Of a stretch of DNA of 42,821 bases, positions 19,716 to 27,890 are shown in pieces (within the stretch, counting starts at the first letter, position 1; each line of letters opens with the position of its first letter). The translations under genes and the position numbers were made by a program. The notes under the pieces were generated by a model, which was not told where the DNA came from, did not search any database, and saw nothing but the letters and a program-made list of their open reading frames with translations. Origin of the DNA: a virus (lineage: Duplodnaviria > Caudoviricetes); the IMG/VR virus record IMGVR_UViG_3300032257_000254, positions 1 to 42,821 of that record. The stretch is one strand, 5' to 3'.

Positions 19716-19961
19716 TTAGGCTCCGGCCTCTGTGCGTATAAGTTTCTCAGCTAGGATAACAGCACCCTGTACTGTAGCTTGCTTGATAGCATTATCTCTG
19801 TCAGATGCAGAGCTAGTCTGGATACCAAAGAGTATCTCTTCTGCTAGGGCGTTCTGGATGTATGCTTGCAGGAGATTGCTTTGTAGTAGCTTATCTATCT
19901 GCTCTAGTTCTCCTGGAGTGAAGTCATAGCGTTGGCAGTGATTATACTTGGGTGTTGGCAT
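19716..19961 (-). CDS. Small head-assembly-region protein (81 aa)
   Basis: Overlaps the portal 3' end; AGGAG RBS; helical. Confidence 0.65.
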   Translation of the reverse strand: MPTPKYNHCQRYDFTPGELEQIDKLLQSNLLQAYIQNALAEEILFGIQTSSASDRDNAIKQATVQGAVILAEKLIRTEAGA

Positions 19962-21798
19962 CTTTAGGTACTCCTACTGGTTGCCCTGTTGCTGGGTCTA
20001 TTTCTGGTGGCCTTGTTTGCTGCTGCTCAGGTGTAAGCTTATATTTCTCTACACCGCTGAAGCCTATAGTGCCCATTAGATGAGCGAATAGTCCAGAGAT
20101 GTCATACTCTTGTGCTAATCTAGGCACAGATTGTACAGTCTGGAAGGCTAGTGTAGCAGCCTCAGGAGACATAAGCTTAGACTTAGGTGTAAAGCCGTCA
20201 GCTACTTTGAACTCCATGATATTCTTACGCAGCTCTTCTGGGTCTATCTGTAAAGGCTTACCAGTAGAGAGAGCTAGTATATCTGTTTTCTCTTGGAACT
20301 GTAAGATATTAAACTTGATAGACTGTTTGATAGGAGTGAAGACAGCTGTCTCTTCTCTTAGAGCTATAAGCCTAGAGCGGTTATCTGCTCCAGATTGTAC
20401 TCCCTCAAATTCTCCTAGAGTCCTATTGCCCTTACGGAATGTACCCTGTGAGGCACTATTGAATCCGTGGACGTATTCTGCCATCTGGATAGTAGTCTGC
20501 AAGTCTTGAGAGACTGAGGCTACACCATTAGAGTCAAAGGGGATAGCTCTATAGACAGAATCTATAGATTTCTCACCTGTGCGTAAGCTAGTCTTTAGAG
20601 GAATCTTAGCAGCAGGAGTACGAGTGTTAGCATCATTAGGATCAATATAGTCCTTATCATAGATAGCTCTATCTGATAGTGAGCGTCTAGCAGCATTCAA
20701 ACGGATATTGATTAGCTCAGAAGCTACATCCTGCCAAGGCAGTATACCTTCAGCTACAGAGCGAGTCTGATAGGCAAAGCCATCATCATTGTATTGTCCC
20801 ATCTTGATAGGCAAGGCATCATTAGGAGTATAGATACGTTCCATTCCTATGATAGTAGTTAGGTTTACTACCCATAACTTCCATATCTCAGGCTCAGCAG
20901 GAGTAGGAGATATGACCCTGTACTCATTAGGAATGATGCGTATATAGACCTTAGTGACTAAGTAGGAATTAGAGTAGTCTATATTAGACTTTCTTTTATT
21001 GGCGTCTATTCCGTCTGCCCACTCTTCCCAGTTAGAGTCTTTACGGTCTGTGATGAACTCAGATATGATAGGACGCTCAACATAAACAGAGTCCATAGAT
21101 TGCATCTTAGATGATAGAGCCTCATTAGTATTCATGCCAATATCCTGCTTATTAAGTAGCAGGGTTAGACGCTTAAGCTCTATCTTAGAGTAGATACCAT
21201 TGTAGCCAATATAGTCACCACGATCAGCTACTTCTGTAGGGTCATAGCGATAATCCCAGAACATATTATAGAGATCAGGACATATAAGCTTATTTAGGTA
21301 CTCTAATTCGAAGCCTACTTCAGGCGCTTCAGTAGAGACTGTATTAGAGTTTTGGACTGTTAGGATTCTATTAGGCTCCCAAGCAGACTCTAGAGCATTG
21401 ACATTATACTTAGCTCCATCTACGAAGTGCCTTAGGATATGCTTAGTGTAGCCCGACTTTTCAGCAAAGGAGTCTATTAGAGCCTCCATCTTCTCACCTA
21501 CAGAGATCATGTCTCCTTCAGCGACTATACCGAATGTAGGATATCCTGTGAGATAGACTTCAGCTAGATAGCCTACTACAGTGTCTACCTGGGAGACGAC
21601 TAGTGGTGTTTCTATAGGAGTATCTGCATCTTCAGCTGCATCCTTGATAGCTTGATCTACAGCAGACGCATAAGCCTTATCTATAGCTTCAAGCTTATCA
21701 TTGAAAGACTTAAATTGTTTCTGCTTCTCTACTAGTAGCTTTATATCCTTTACTAGTAGGTCATGCCCATGCCGTGATATAGGAAGTTTTTCAGCCAC
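19942..21798 (-). CDS. Portal protein (618 aa)
   Basis: Size and position after terL; podovirus-portal-like segments (P.V..QVD, FWD, SQG.FRKGNRT..EF). Confidence 0.85.
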   Translation of the reverse strand: MAEKLPISRHGHDLLVKDIKLLVEKQKQFKSFNDKLEAIDKAYASAVDQAIKDAAEDADTPIETPLVVSQVDTVVGYLAEVYLTGYPTFGIVAEGDMISVGEKMEALIDSFAEKSGYTKHILRHFVDGAKYNVNALESAWEPNRILTVQNSNTVSTEAPEVGFELEYLNKLICPDLYNMFWDYRYDPTEVADRGDYIGYNGIYSKIELKRLTLLLNKQDIGMNTNEALSSKMQSMDSVYVERPIISEFITDRKDSNWEEWADGIDANKRKSNIDYSNSYLVTKVYIRIIPNEYRVISPTPAEPEIWKLWVVNLTTIIGMERIYTPNDALPIKMGQYNDDGFAYQTRSVAEGILPWQDVASELINIRLNAARRSLSDRAIYDKDYIDPNDANTRTPAAKIPLKTSLRTGEKSIDSVYRAIPFDSNGVASVSQDLQTTIQMAEYVHGFNSASQGTFRKGNRTLGEFEGVQSGADNRSRLIALREETAVFTPIKQSIKFNILQFQEKTDILALSTGKPLQIDPEELRKNIMEFKVADGFTPKSKLMSPEAATLAFQTVQSVPRLAQEYDISGLFAHLMGTIGFSGVEKYKLTPEQQQTRPPEIDPATGQPVGVPKDANTQV

Positions 21799-23320
21799 GT
21801 GTAGATCTCCTTAGTCTAGAGTCAATAGGTGTATTATTGGTTTGTACTTTAGCAGAGGATACTGTCTGTCCTGGAGCTAAGGTTAAGTGTACTTTATGTT
21901 GCCATTTATTCTTTACAGCTTCTTGCATAGAGCAGCAATCTAGTATGTCGTCTATGTTATTAGTCTTGTCTATCTTAAATTGTATAGCTTGGAATAAGAC
22001 TTTTGAGCGTACCTTCATACAAGAGATAGTAGATATCTTAGCTAGTAGAGATTTAATCCAAGACCTAATGCGTGATAGCTTGTTAGCTTTGCCTGTAGGT
22101 AGCTCTATCACTTCTATAGCCTTGTCTAGATGGTATGCTTTTATGTATTTCTGCATCCAGAAGGCTAATGTGGCTTGATAGGCTACAGCCTCTACAAATA
22201 TAGCGGAGCATCTATAGTCTATAACATAGGATATAGTCTGCATTATTACTGCTTCCGGATCCATAACTTTAGCTGTAAGAGCAGGTATATCTAGCTTCCA
22301 GTCAGGGTATACATTATGTACTACTATAACATTGTCGTCAGAGTTCCTCTTCATACCAGCAGGGTCTATAGTAATAAATGAGCCTATTCTAGACTCATGG
22401 TCTATTTCCTCTGGTATAGGTAAGAATCCGTCTGGGAGTAGCCCGCGCTTAGCTCCTCTAGGATCATTCTGTATCTCAGCGAACCAAGTGTCAGCCTCTC
22501 CCATCTCAGCGTCATGCTCATACTCATCCATTAGGGACTCTATAGTACGTATAGCAGGCCAAAGAGCAGTCTTATCTGCTAGGATAGCACCAGTTACAAG
22601 TGATACCCACTTCTTAGACTTCTGGAATTTGTATAGAATGCACTCCTCAGAGTACATATTGCCTACCCAGAATACAGCACAGCGCACAGGATCACGAAGT
22701 TTTATAGCTGTACCTACTACCCAGCGCATAAGCTTTTCTCGCTCTGCTGGTGACTCATCATTAGCTTGAGTCTGTGCATCATCAAAGAGTATGAATTGAG
22801 GACGCTTATTCTTTATGTTAAGACCACGTATGGATGTACCTGATCCTATAGCTGCTAGGATTATCTCTCTACCTTGGAATCGACAGGTCTTAATATCCTT
22901 AGCATCTTTACCTAGCCCAGACTTCCAAGATCCATATACTTGAGCTACATTGTCTGAGCATAGGATGTCGGATACGTCTGTGAGTATATCTTGGCCACGC
23001 TGCTCATTAGCTCCTATTACTAGTAGGAAGTCTATAAGTCCGTATAGGATAGCATAGACAATTAATAGCTTTATGAATGTAGTCTTAGCATGGCCACGAG
23101 GTAGCCCTAGAGCGAACCTGAAGAGTTCTCCTATGCGCTCCTCTGTATAGTCTGGATCATTCTGTACCTTGAGCACCCAAAGCTGCTTTATCATATATGC
23201 CCAGACTTCCTTGTAAAAGTCAGGCCACTTAGATGAGGTTATATCTGGCATACAGAAGCTAGCCCAGAAGTCTAGATCAGTCCTTAGCAGCTCCTCTGTC
23301 TGTTCTAGGGTTAGAGCCAT
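21791..23320 (-). CDS. terL: Terminase large subunit (509 aa)
   Basis: Walker A PRGHAKTT, Walker B ILFDD, nuclease motifs IDPA and DDILD. Confidence 0.95.
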   Translation of the reverse strand: MALTLEQTEELLRTDLDFWASFCMPDITSSKWPDFYKEVWAYMIKQLWVLKVQNDPDYTEERIGELFRFALGLPRGHAKTTFIKLLIVYAILYGLIDFLLVIGANEQRGQDILTDVSDILCSDNVAQVYGSWKSGLGKDAKDIKTCRFQGREIILAAIGSGTSIRGLNIKNKRPQFILFDDAQTQANDESPAEREKLMRWVVGTAIKLRDPVRCAVFWVGNMYSEECILYKFQKSKKWVSLVTGAILADKTALWPAIRTIESLMDEYEHDAEMGEADTWFAEIQNDPRGAKRGLLPDGFLPIPEEIDHESRIGSFITIDPAGMKRNSDDNVIVVHNVYPDWKLDIPALTAKVMDPEAVIMQTISYVIDYRCSAIFVEAVAYQATLAFWMQKYIKAYHLDKAIEVIELPTGKANKLSRIRSWIKSLLAKISTISCMKVRSKVLFQAIQFKIDKTNNIDDILDCCSMQEAVKNKWQHKVHLTLAPGQTVSSAKVQTNNTPIDSRLRRSTRG

Positions 23321-23973
23321 TAGGCATCCTTCTCTTGGGAGGAGCCTTCTTCTCTCTCCAGCTCTTCAATAGTGAGAGTCTTCTTAAGTTGGCTTTCATT
23401 AGCTAAGTCCTCTATGCCTGGGATCTCTAGGGCATCTGCTATGTCTTGAGCATCATTTGGACGCTTCTTAGACGTGAGTATATCCATAGTAGCCTTGTAT
23501 GGCATAGGAGCCATAGTTCTTCCATTGATAGATTCTATCTGATTCTCTGCTGATAGGGATAGCTGGATAGTGGCCTCACCTATATGTGATAGTTGTAAGT
23601 TGAGGGTAGTCCCCGGCTCTGCCTGCTGTGCGCCTGCCTTCTGCTCAGCGGCCTTTACAGTAGCTATTTTTTGGAGTGCCCCCGTGACTTCAGCTAGAGA
23701 GTCCGAGCTAGGTATAAGCTCCTTGATCTTTGTTAGGAGTGTACGCTCTATGGTTTTAAGTGTGACATCTGTTTGTATGTCATGCTGTACTTGCTTAGCA
23801 GTAGCTTCGACTAAGAGGTCTTGTAGAGGCTCTGAGTGATCTATGAGCTGGCGTACTTTGTCCGGAGTGCATCCTAGAGAGAGTGCAATCTTATCTACTG
23901 GAATGTCTAGAGAGATCATTGTAGCGATCTTATCTAAAGGTAATTCCGTGGACTGTAATGCCTTAGAGTTCAT
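23320..23973 (-). CDS. terS: Terminase small subunit (217 aa)
   Basis: HTH-like N-terminus (VDKIALSLGCTPDKVRQL); TAATG-coupled to terL; GAGGT RBS. Confidence 0.7.
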   Translation of the reverse strand: MNSKALQSTELPLDKIATMISLDIPVDKIALSLGCTPDKVRQLIDHSEPLQDLLVEATAKQVQHDIQTDVTLKTIERTLLTKIKELIPSSDSLAEVTGALQKIATVKAAEQKAGAQQAEPGTTLNLQLSHIGEATIQLSLSAENQIESINGRTMAPMPYKATMDILTSKKRPNDAQDIADALEIPGIEDLANESQLKKTLTIEELEREEGSSQEKDA

Positions 23974-24219
23974 AGTACCTCAAATTTTTGTGAAATAATT
24001 TAGAGCTTCTTTTGATTAAGCGCCTTCGCAGAGGTTAAAAAGGTCTCTACCCCCCACCTTCTCTTGATTTGGCTCTTATATAAATACACATGCTGTGCAT
24101 TCCTTATGCACTTATATAAATGCTCTTAGAGATTTTATACCTTATGCTCTTAGATCTTATAAATGATCTTAGTTGTGAGCGTAGCGAACTCATTATAGAA
24201 CTTAGAAATTTTCCTTATA

Positions 24220-24232
24220 AATCAAGGACTTA
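24220..24232 (+). promoter_or_regulatory. IHF-binding consensus site
   Basis: AATCAAGGACTTA is a perfect WATCAANNNNTTR match with an AT-rich 5' flank, in the non-coding region upstream of terS. Confidence 0.55.
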
Positions 24233-24271
24233 CAAGCCATTACTGGCTAAGCCTTGACCCTATACTATAGC

Positions 24272-24949
24272 TTAGAACTCAAAAGCATCAGCTTCAGGAG
24301 TCTTGGCTTGCAGATACTCTGCCATTTTATTCGAGTACTGGCTGATAGCGTCTGCATCATCAGTGCCTAGAGTATCAATGAACGTAACAACGTGAGCTGC
24401 TACTTTCTCCCGTACACCATCTGGCTGCTGTTCAATAGCTTTTCCGCTCTCTATAAGTCTGATAAGCATAGCCTTAGCATTTTCTGGAACTGTCAACGCT
24501 GCCGCATAAGCTTTAAACTTATTAATCCATTCAGCTTTAACAGCCATAAACATGGAGCCGCCAGAGGATTCAAGGAAAGTAGTCCAGTTAGTTGCACAAG
24601 GCGAGCTTAGACCGTTATAGACTGGGTTGCCGTCCTCATCCTTAGACCATTGAACCGTACCACGAACAGGCTGTAAGATAGCCGCAGTTAAACCCTTTTG
24701 AAGGATAGAATCTTGCTCACTTTCATATACGAACTCAATAACTCCGTTTTGATCCAGCTTGATCTCTTTGGGTTCTGGATAGCCTTCCCCGCAACAATCC
24801 AAGCTAGGGATCAAGACATCTTCATATCCTAATACACTACGCTTATTTTTACCGTCACTACCTTTGATAGTGGTAGCTAGTGGCAACCTTGATTCGTGCC
24901 AGTCTTTATTAATTGCTGCTGGTGCTGCTTGATTATTAGATTCACTCAT
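24272..24949 (-). CDS. Hypothetical early protein (~225 aa)
   Basis: Likely start ATG 24949 after GGAG; has its own sigma70-like promoter. Confidence 0.8.
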   Translation of the reverse strand: MSESNNQAAPAAINKDWHESRLPLATTIKGSDGKNKRSVLGYEDVLIPSLDCCGEGYPEPKEIKLDQNGVIEFVYESEQDSILQKGLTAAILQPVRGTVQWSKDEDGNPVYNGLSSPCATNWTTFLESSGGSMFMAVKAEWINKFKAYAAALTVPENAKAMLIRLIESGKAIEQQPDGVREKVAAHVVTFIDTLGTDDADAISQYSNKMAEYLQAKTPEADAFEF

Positions 24950-25011
24950 AATATATAACTCCAATTAGATTAAAAATAGAACTGGCTGCCTAACTGCTAA
25001 CCAGTAATACA

Positions 25012-25040
25012 ATATTAGCAAACTAGAGTCGATAAGGCAA
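25012..25040 (-). promoter_or_regulatory. sigma70-like promoter
   Basis: TTGCCT-17 bp-TAATAT with extended -10 TG; A/T tract upstream. Confidence 0.65.
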
Positions 25041-25197
25041 GTTTTTAAAGAAAATAAAAATCTACGCTCTAAGCCTTTCTACGCCTCTCTAACAAGAGCA
25101 ACTTATACCCCTAACAGTACTATATAATTAAAGAGATCTCTATTCTTAGCAATAATGTATAATATAACTTAACATATAGAATTATTTTCAATTATTT

Positions 25198-25226
25198 CTG
25201 GCTATAGTCCTATATTCTGCTATACT
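25198..25226 (+). promoter_or_regulatory. Extended -10 sigma70-like promoter
   Basis: TGcTATACT at 25218-25226, weak -35, AT-rich upstream; precedes the GAGG RBS of 25258. Confidence 0.5.
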
Positions 25227-25257
25227 CTTAGAGTCAAACAACTAAAGAGGAAACAGC

Positions 25258-25485
25258 ATGAAACCTAATCAATTATATATGCCTAATACTATAGCTAAGT
25301 ATCGTCGAGAACTTAACACTTACCTGGCACTCTACAACATCAATCGAGCAGATTTAAAAGGCAAGCCTAATCCATTCATCAATAAAGGCTTAGCACTAAA
25401 TGAATGTAAACGACTTAAAGTTATAATCAAGTCTAAAATCCAAGCATTACATGGCCTGTTACGTCTGGCAGGACTAACAGCATAA
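25258..25485 (+). CDS. Early hypothetical protein (75 aa, basic)
   Basis: GAGG RBS; promoter upstream. Confidence 0.7.
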   Translation: MKPNQLYMPNTIAKYRRELNTYLALYNINRADLKGKPNPFINKGLALNECKRLKVIIKSKIQALHGLLRLAGLTA

Positions 25486-25510
25486 ATCTATCAAGCGCCA
25501 AGGAAGGCGC
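25485..25510 (+). repeat. AATCTATCAA + ANGGA-loop hairpin, copy 1 (GCGCC-AAGGAA-GGCGC)
   Basis: Directly after a stop codon; second copy at 25707. Confidence 0.8.
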
Positions 25511-25531
25511 ACAACTTAAAGGCATAACACC

Positions 25532-25708
25532 ATGACTAATCCAACCGACGAAATTACCAGCACCTTGCTAGAAATGGCTGATAGCATTGATAACCTTATC
25601 CACAATGAAACTAGTACACCTAGCCTGTTACAGGCTCAGGCAGCTAAAACCAGTGAGGAGGTTCGCAAGCTGGCCGATCTAGTCTCAAAGTATGTATTAG
25701 TACAATAA
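25532..25708 (+). CDS. Early hypothetical 58-aa protein not in the ORF track (MTNPTDEITSTLLEMADSIDNLIHNE...)
   Basis: Manual translation; bounded by the two repeat hairpins; AAGG upstream. Confidence 0.65.
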   Translation: MTNPTDEITSTLLEMADSIDNLIHNETSTPSLLQAQAAKTSEEVRKLADLVSKYVLVQ

Positions 25709-25734
25709 TCTATCAAGGCTACAAGGAAGTAGCC
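25707..25734 (+). repeat. AATCTATCAA + ANGGA-loop hairpin, copy 2 (GGCTAC-AAGGAA-GTAGCC)
   Basis: Same leader and loop as copy 1; different but still paired stem. Confidence 0.8.
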
Positions 25735-25739
25735 AAACC

Positions 25740-26220
25740 TGCACACATCCACATATTATCCTTATATGACTTTTTGGCTTTTAATATCCAACTATTATAC
25801 GGAACACCTAATTACCAGCGACTTATAAGGCAGTCTATCTATACTATATATATAAGAGTCTACGGAAAAATCATTATCACGGAAAACCTTTTAATATTTC
25901 ATTATTTGAATTTTTTAATATTTCCTACGTATCGACGGGGGGTGAACCTGAACCATGCCATATTTTCCGTATCAGCCTAGACTACCCTATACTAGCCTAT
26001 AGCCTTAGAGAGTAGCCCTAGCAGACCTATGGGTCTGCCTTAGTACTTACAGTTCCTATGCCTATAAAGAATTATAATATAAATTTTGATACCTTAATAT
26101 AATAGACGTCACGAAGAGCTAACTCTAAGATCATAAACCCTATCTAAGATCAAGACCTAACCCTAACCCATTCTTGTACTCTCTCTAAGATTGTCACCAT
26201 TCCATAGTCCACCCGCCCCT
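25740..26220. other. Long non-coding region, candidate replication origin
   Basis: ACGGAA direct and inverted repeats, TTTTAATAT x3, G6 tract, hairpin at 26021-26038. Confidence 0.4.
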
Positions 26221-26280
26221 AAAACGTGATAAATAAAAAAATATTTAAATTTGACAAAAAATGAAAAATAATGGTAAAAT
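26221..26280 (+). promoter_or_regulatory. Strong sigma70 promoter with UP-like element
   Basis: TTGACA (26251-56), 18 bp, TAAAAT (26275-80), extended -10 TG, A-tracts upstream; hairpin GTGGG/CCCAC at 26290-26305. Confidence 0.85.
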
Positions 26281-26341
26281 GGTTTTCAAGTGGGAATTTG
26301 CCCACGCTATTTAGCCTTAGAGGGCTATAGGACTATAAACA

Positions 26342-26539
26342 ATGACTAGATGCAGAGTTATAAGAAATACTAGGAATAGGGATGGTTATATACTACGCTC
26401 TATAGATACAGGACAGATAGGCTTTATCAATCCAGAGGCGGTAGGCTTAGTACAAGCTGGTCAAGTATGGCTCTGTGAAGTCACACAGCAAGAGGAAAGT
26501 TACTTTAAAGCCAAACTTGTATCCCCTATCAGACACTAG
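26342..26539 (+). CDS. Small beta-barrel (OB/S1/TRAM-like?) protein (65 aa)
   Basis: AGGA RBS; five short beta-strand-like segments. The fold is a guess. Confidence 0.5.
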   Translation: MTRCRVIRNTRNRDGYILRSIDTGQIGFINPEAVGLVQAGQVWLCEVTQQEESYFKAKLVSPIRH

Positions 26540-26567
26540 ACTATCAGACTATAAGGAATAAAGACTA

Positions 26568-27548
26568 ATGACTAAACAAAACCAAGACCTACCTTTAGAA
26601 TCTTATCACATGAGGGCTATAACAGTTCAAGCAGATAGGATACCTCAAGCCCTACAGCAAGCAAGAGACAAAGCAGCATCGCAAGACAATCTGCATAGCC
26701 TTAAGTACTCTATATGCTCACTATCAGGCACAGAAATAGCATACAAGGATACTCTCTATTCTAAATATATCTTAGAGACTATTCATCCGCTGTTCCAGCT
26801 TCGCAACCGTAGCTCTCTGATTAAAGCTATAAACAAGCATGGCTCAGATAAGTCTCTACTTGCAGGAGCTATACTTACACTTATACAAGAGCATGAACTA
26901 TGCCAAGAAGAATCTATAGCAGTATCAGATCTAGCTAAGATTAATACGTGCTTAAGGGACTATCCTATAGCTAAACTTCAACTCTTCTATAAAGCTATAC
27001 CAATCATTGCAGACATATCCCTAGCTTGCCCCAAATTTGCACTAACATCATGCTGCAATGGTATAGAATCAATTAATAACTGGATACAAGTATGCCTAGC
27101 TAAGAATAGGCAGGCTGTAAATGCTGACAATACTATAGCCTCAGCTATCCCTAGCTTGCAGCAGGCAGAAATACTACATATACTACAGAATGAAGCACAT
27201 GCACAGGATGTACGCAAAGAGAGAAAAATTAAGAAGAAAGATAGGCTCTTAGAACTCTTAGCTAATAACAAGCATGTTCCTAAAGTAGTTAGAGCATTAA
27301 AGCAGCAAGCTAAGCTACATCCTAGCCTATGCCCTAAGCCTAAACTTAAGTCTATTTGTGTAGCTCTAGACCAGTACGACAAAGAAATACTACTAGACTC
27401 TGGAGTGCAGCATAGACTAGCTAAGGCTCTATCAGATATACATAAGTCTATCCGTAAAGATATAAATGAGATAGCTAATCAAGCCTTTGCCTATATCGTA
27501 TCAGACCTTAGAGTCAAAGCAAACTCAAACAACGAAGTGGAGTTCTAA
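26568..27548 (+). CDS. Hypothetical protein (326 aa)
   Basis: AAGGA RBS; CSLSG...HPLF segment, basic C-terminal helices; no family recognised. Confidence 0.75.
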   Translation: MTKQNQDLPLESYHMRAITVQADRIPQALQQARDKAASQDNLHSLKYSICSLSGTEIAYKDTLYSKYILETIHPLFQLRNRSSLIKAINKHGSDKSLLAGAILTLIQEHELCQEESIAVSDLAKINTCLRDYPIAKLQLFYKAIPIIADISLACPKFALTSCCNGIESINNWIQVCLAKNRQAVNADNTIASAIPSLQQAEILHILQNEAHAQDVRKERKIKKKDRLLELLANNKHVPKVVRALKQQAKLHPSLCPKPKLKSICVALDQYDKEILLDSGVQHRLAKALSDIHKSIRKDINEIANQAFAYIVSDLRVKANSNNEVEF

Positions 27549-27551
27549 GTC

Positions 27552-27890
27552 ATGCCAATAGACGCCAATAAACACATTGAACTAACAATATCTATCCCTA
27601 ATCCTCATACAGATGCTATAGCAGCTATCAAGGCTATACGCTTTATACTCCAGAAAGACCTTAAAGCCTCTAAAGCTATTATAGACGAGTATAAGGACAT
27701 AACTAGTCATATAAAGAATGAGATCATAACTAGTCACATAACCCTAACACTCTATATAACCCTAGAGACTTATGGATTACTGATGTATAACTGTAAGGAA
27801 GGGCATGAGAGCGTAGACTTTGATATAGTATCAAGTATCCTACGTGATGCCAGTCATGGCTATCTAAGCCTAAGAGGTAGTCACTCATGA
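27552..27890 (+). CDS. Protein with ribosomal bL12 (L7/L12) C-terminal-domain-like motif (112 aa)
   Basis: AIAAIKAIRFILQKDLKASKAIIDE resembles the L12 motif K.[22 protein letters not shown]. Confidence 0.55.
   Translation: MPIDANKHIELTISIPNPHTDAIAAIKAIRFILQKDLKASKAIIDEYKDITSHIKNEIITSHITLTLYITLETYGLLMYNCKEGHESVDFDIVSSILRDASHGYLSLRGSHS

Noticed and set aside
712-23839. Plus-strand ORFs opposite structural genes (e.g. 712, 8031, 9313, 12216, 13233, 20099, 21837, 22332, 23570) and the nested minus ORF 1400..1588
   Set aside because: Antisense or alternate-frame shadows of long genes, with no protein motifs.
25774-25980. 68-aa ORF in the origin-like region
   Set aside because: TTG start, no RBS, and it runs through AT-rich repeats.
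26156-26169. Telomere-like CCTAACCCTAACCC
   Set aside because: Only about two units in a CTA-rich genome; compatible with chance.
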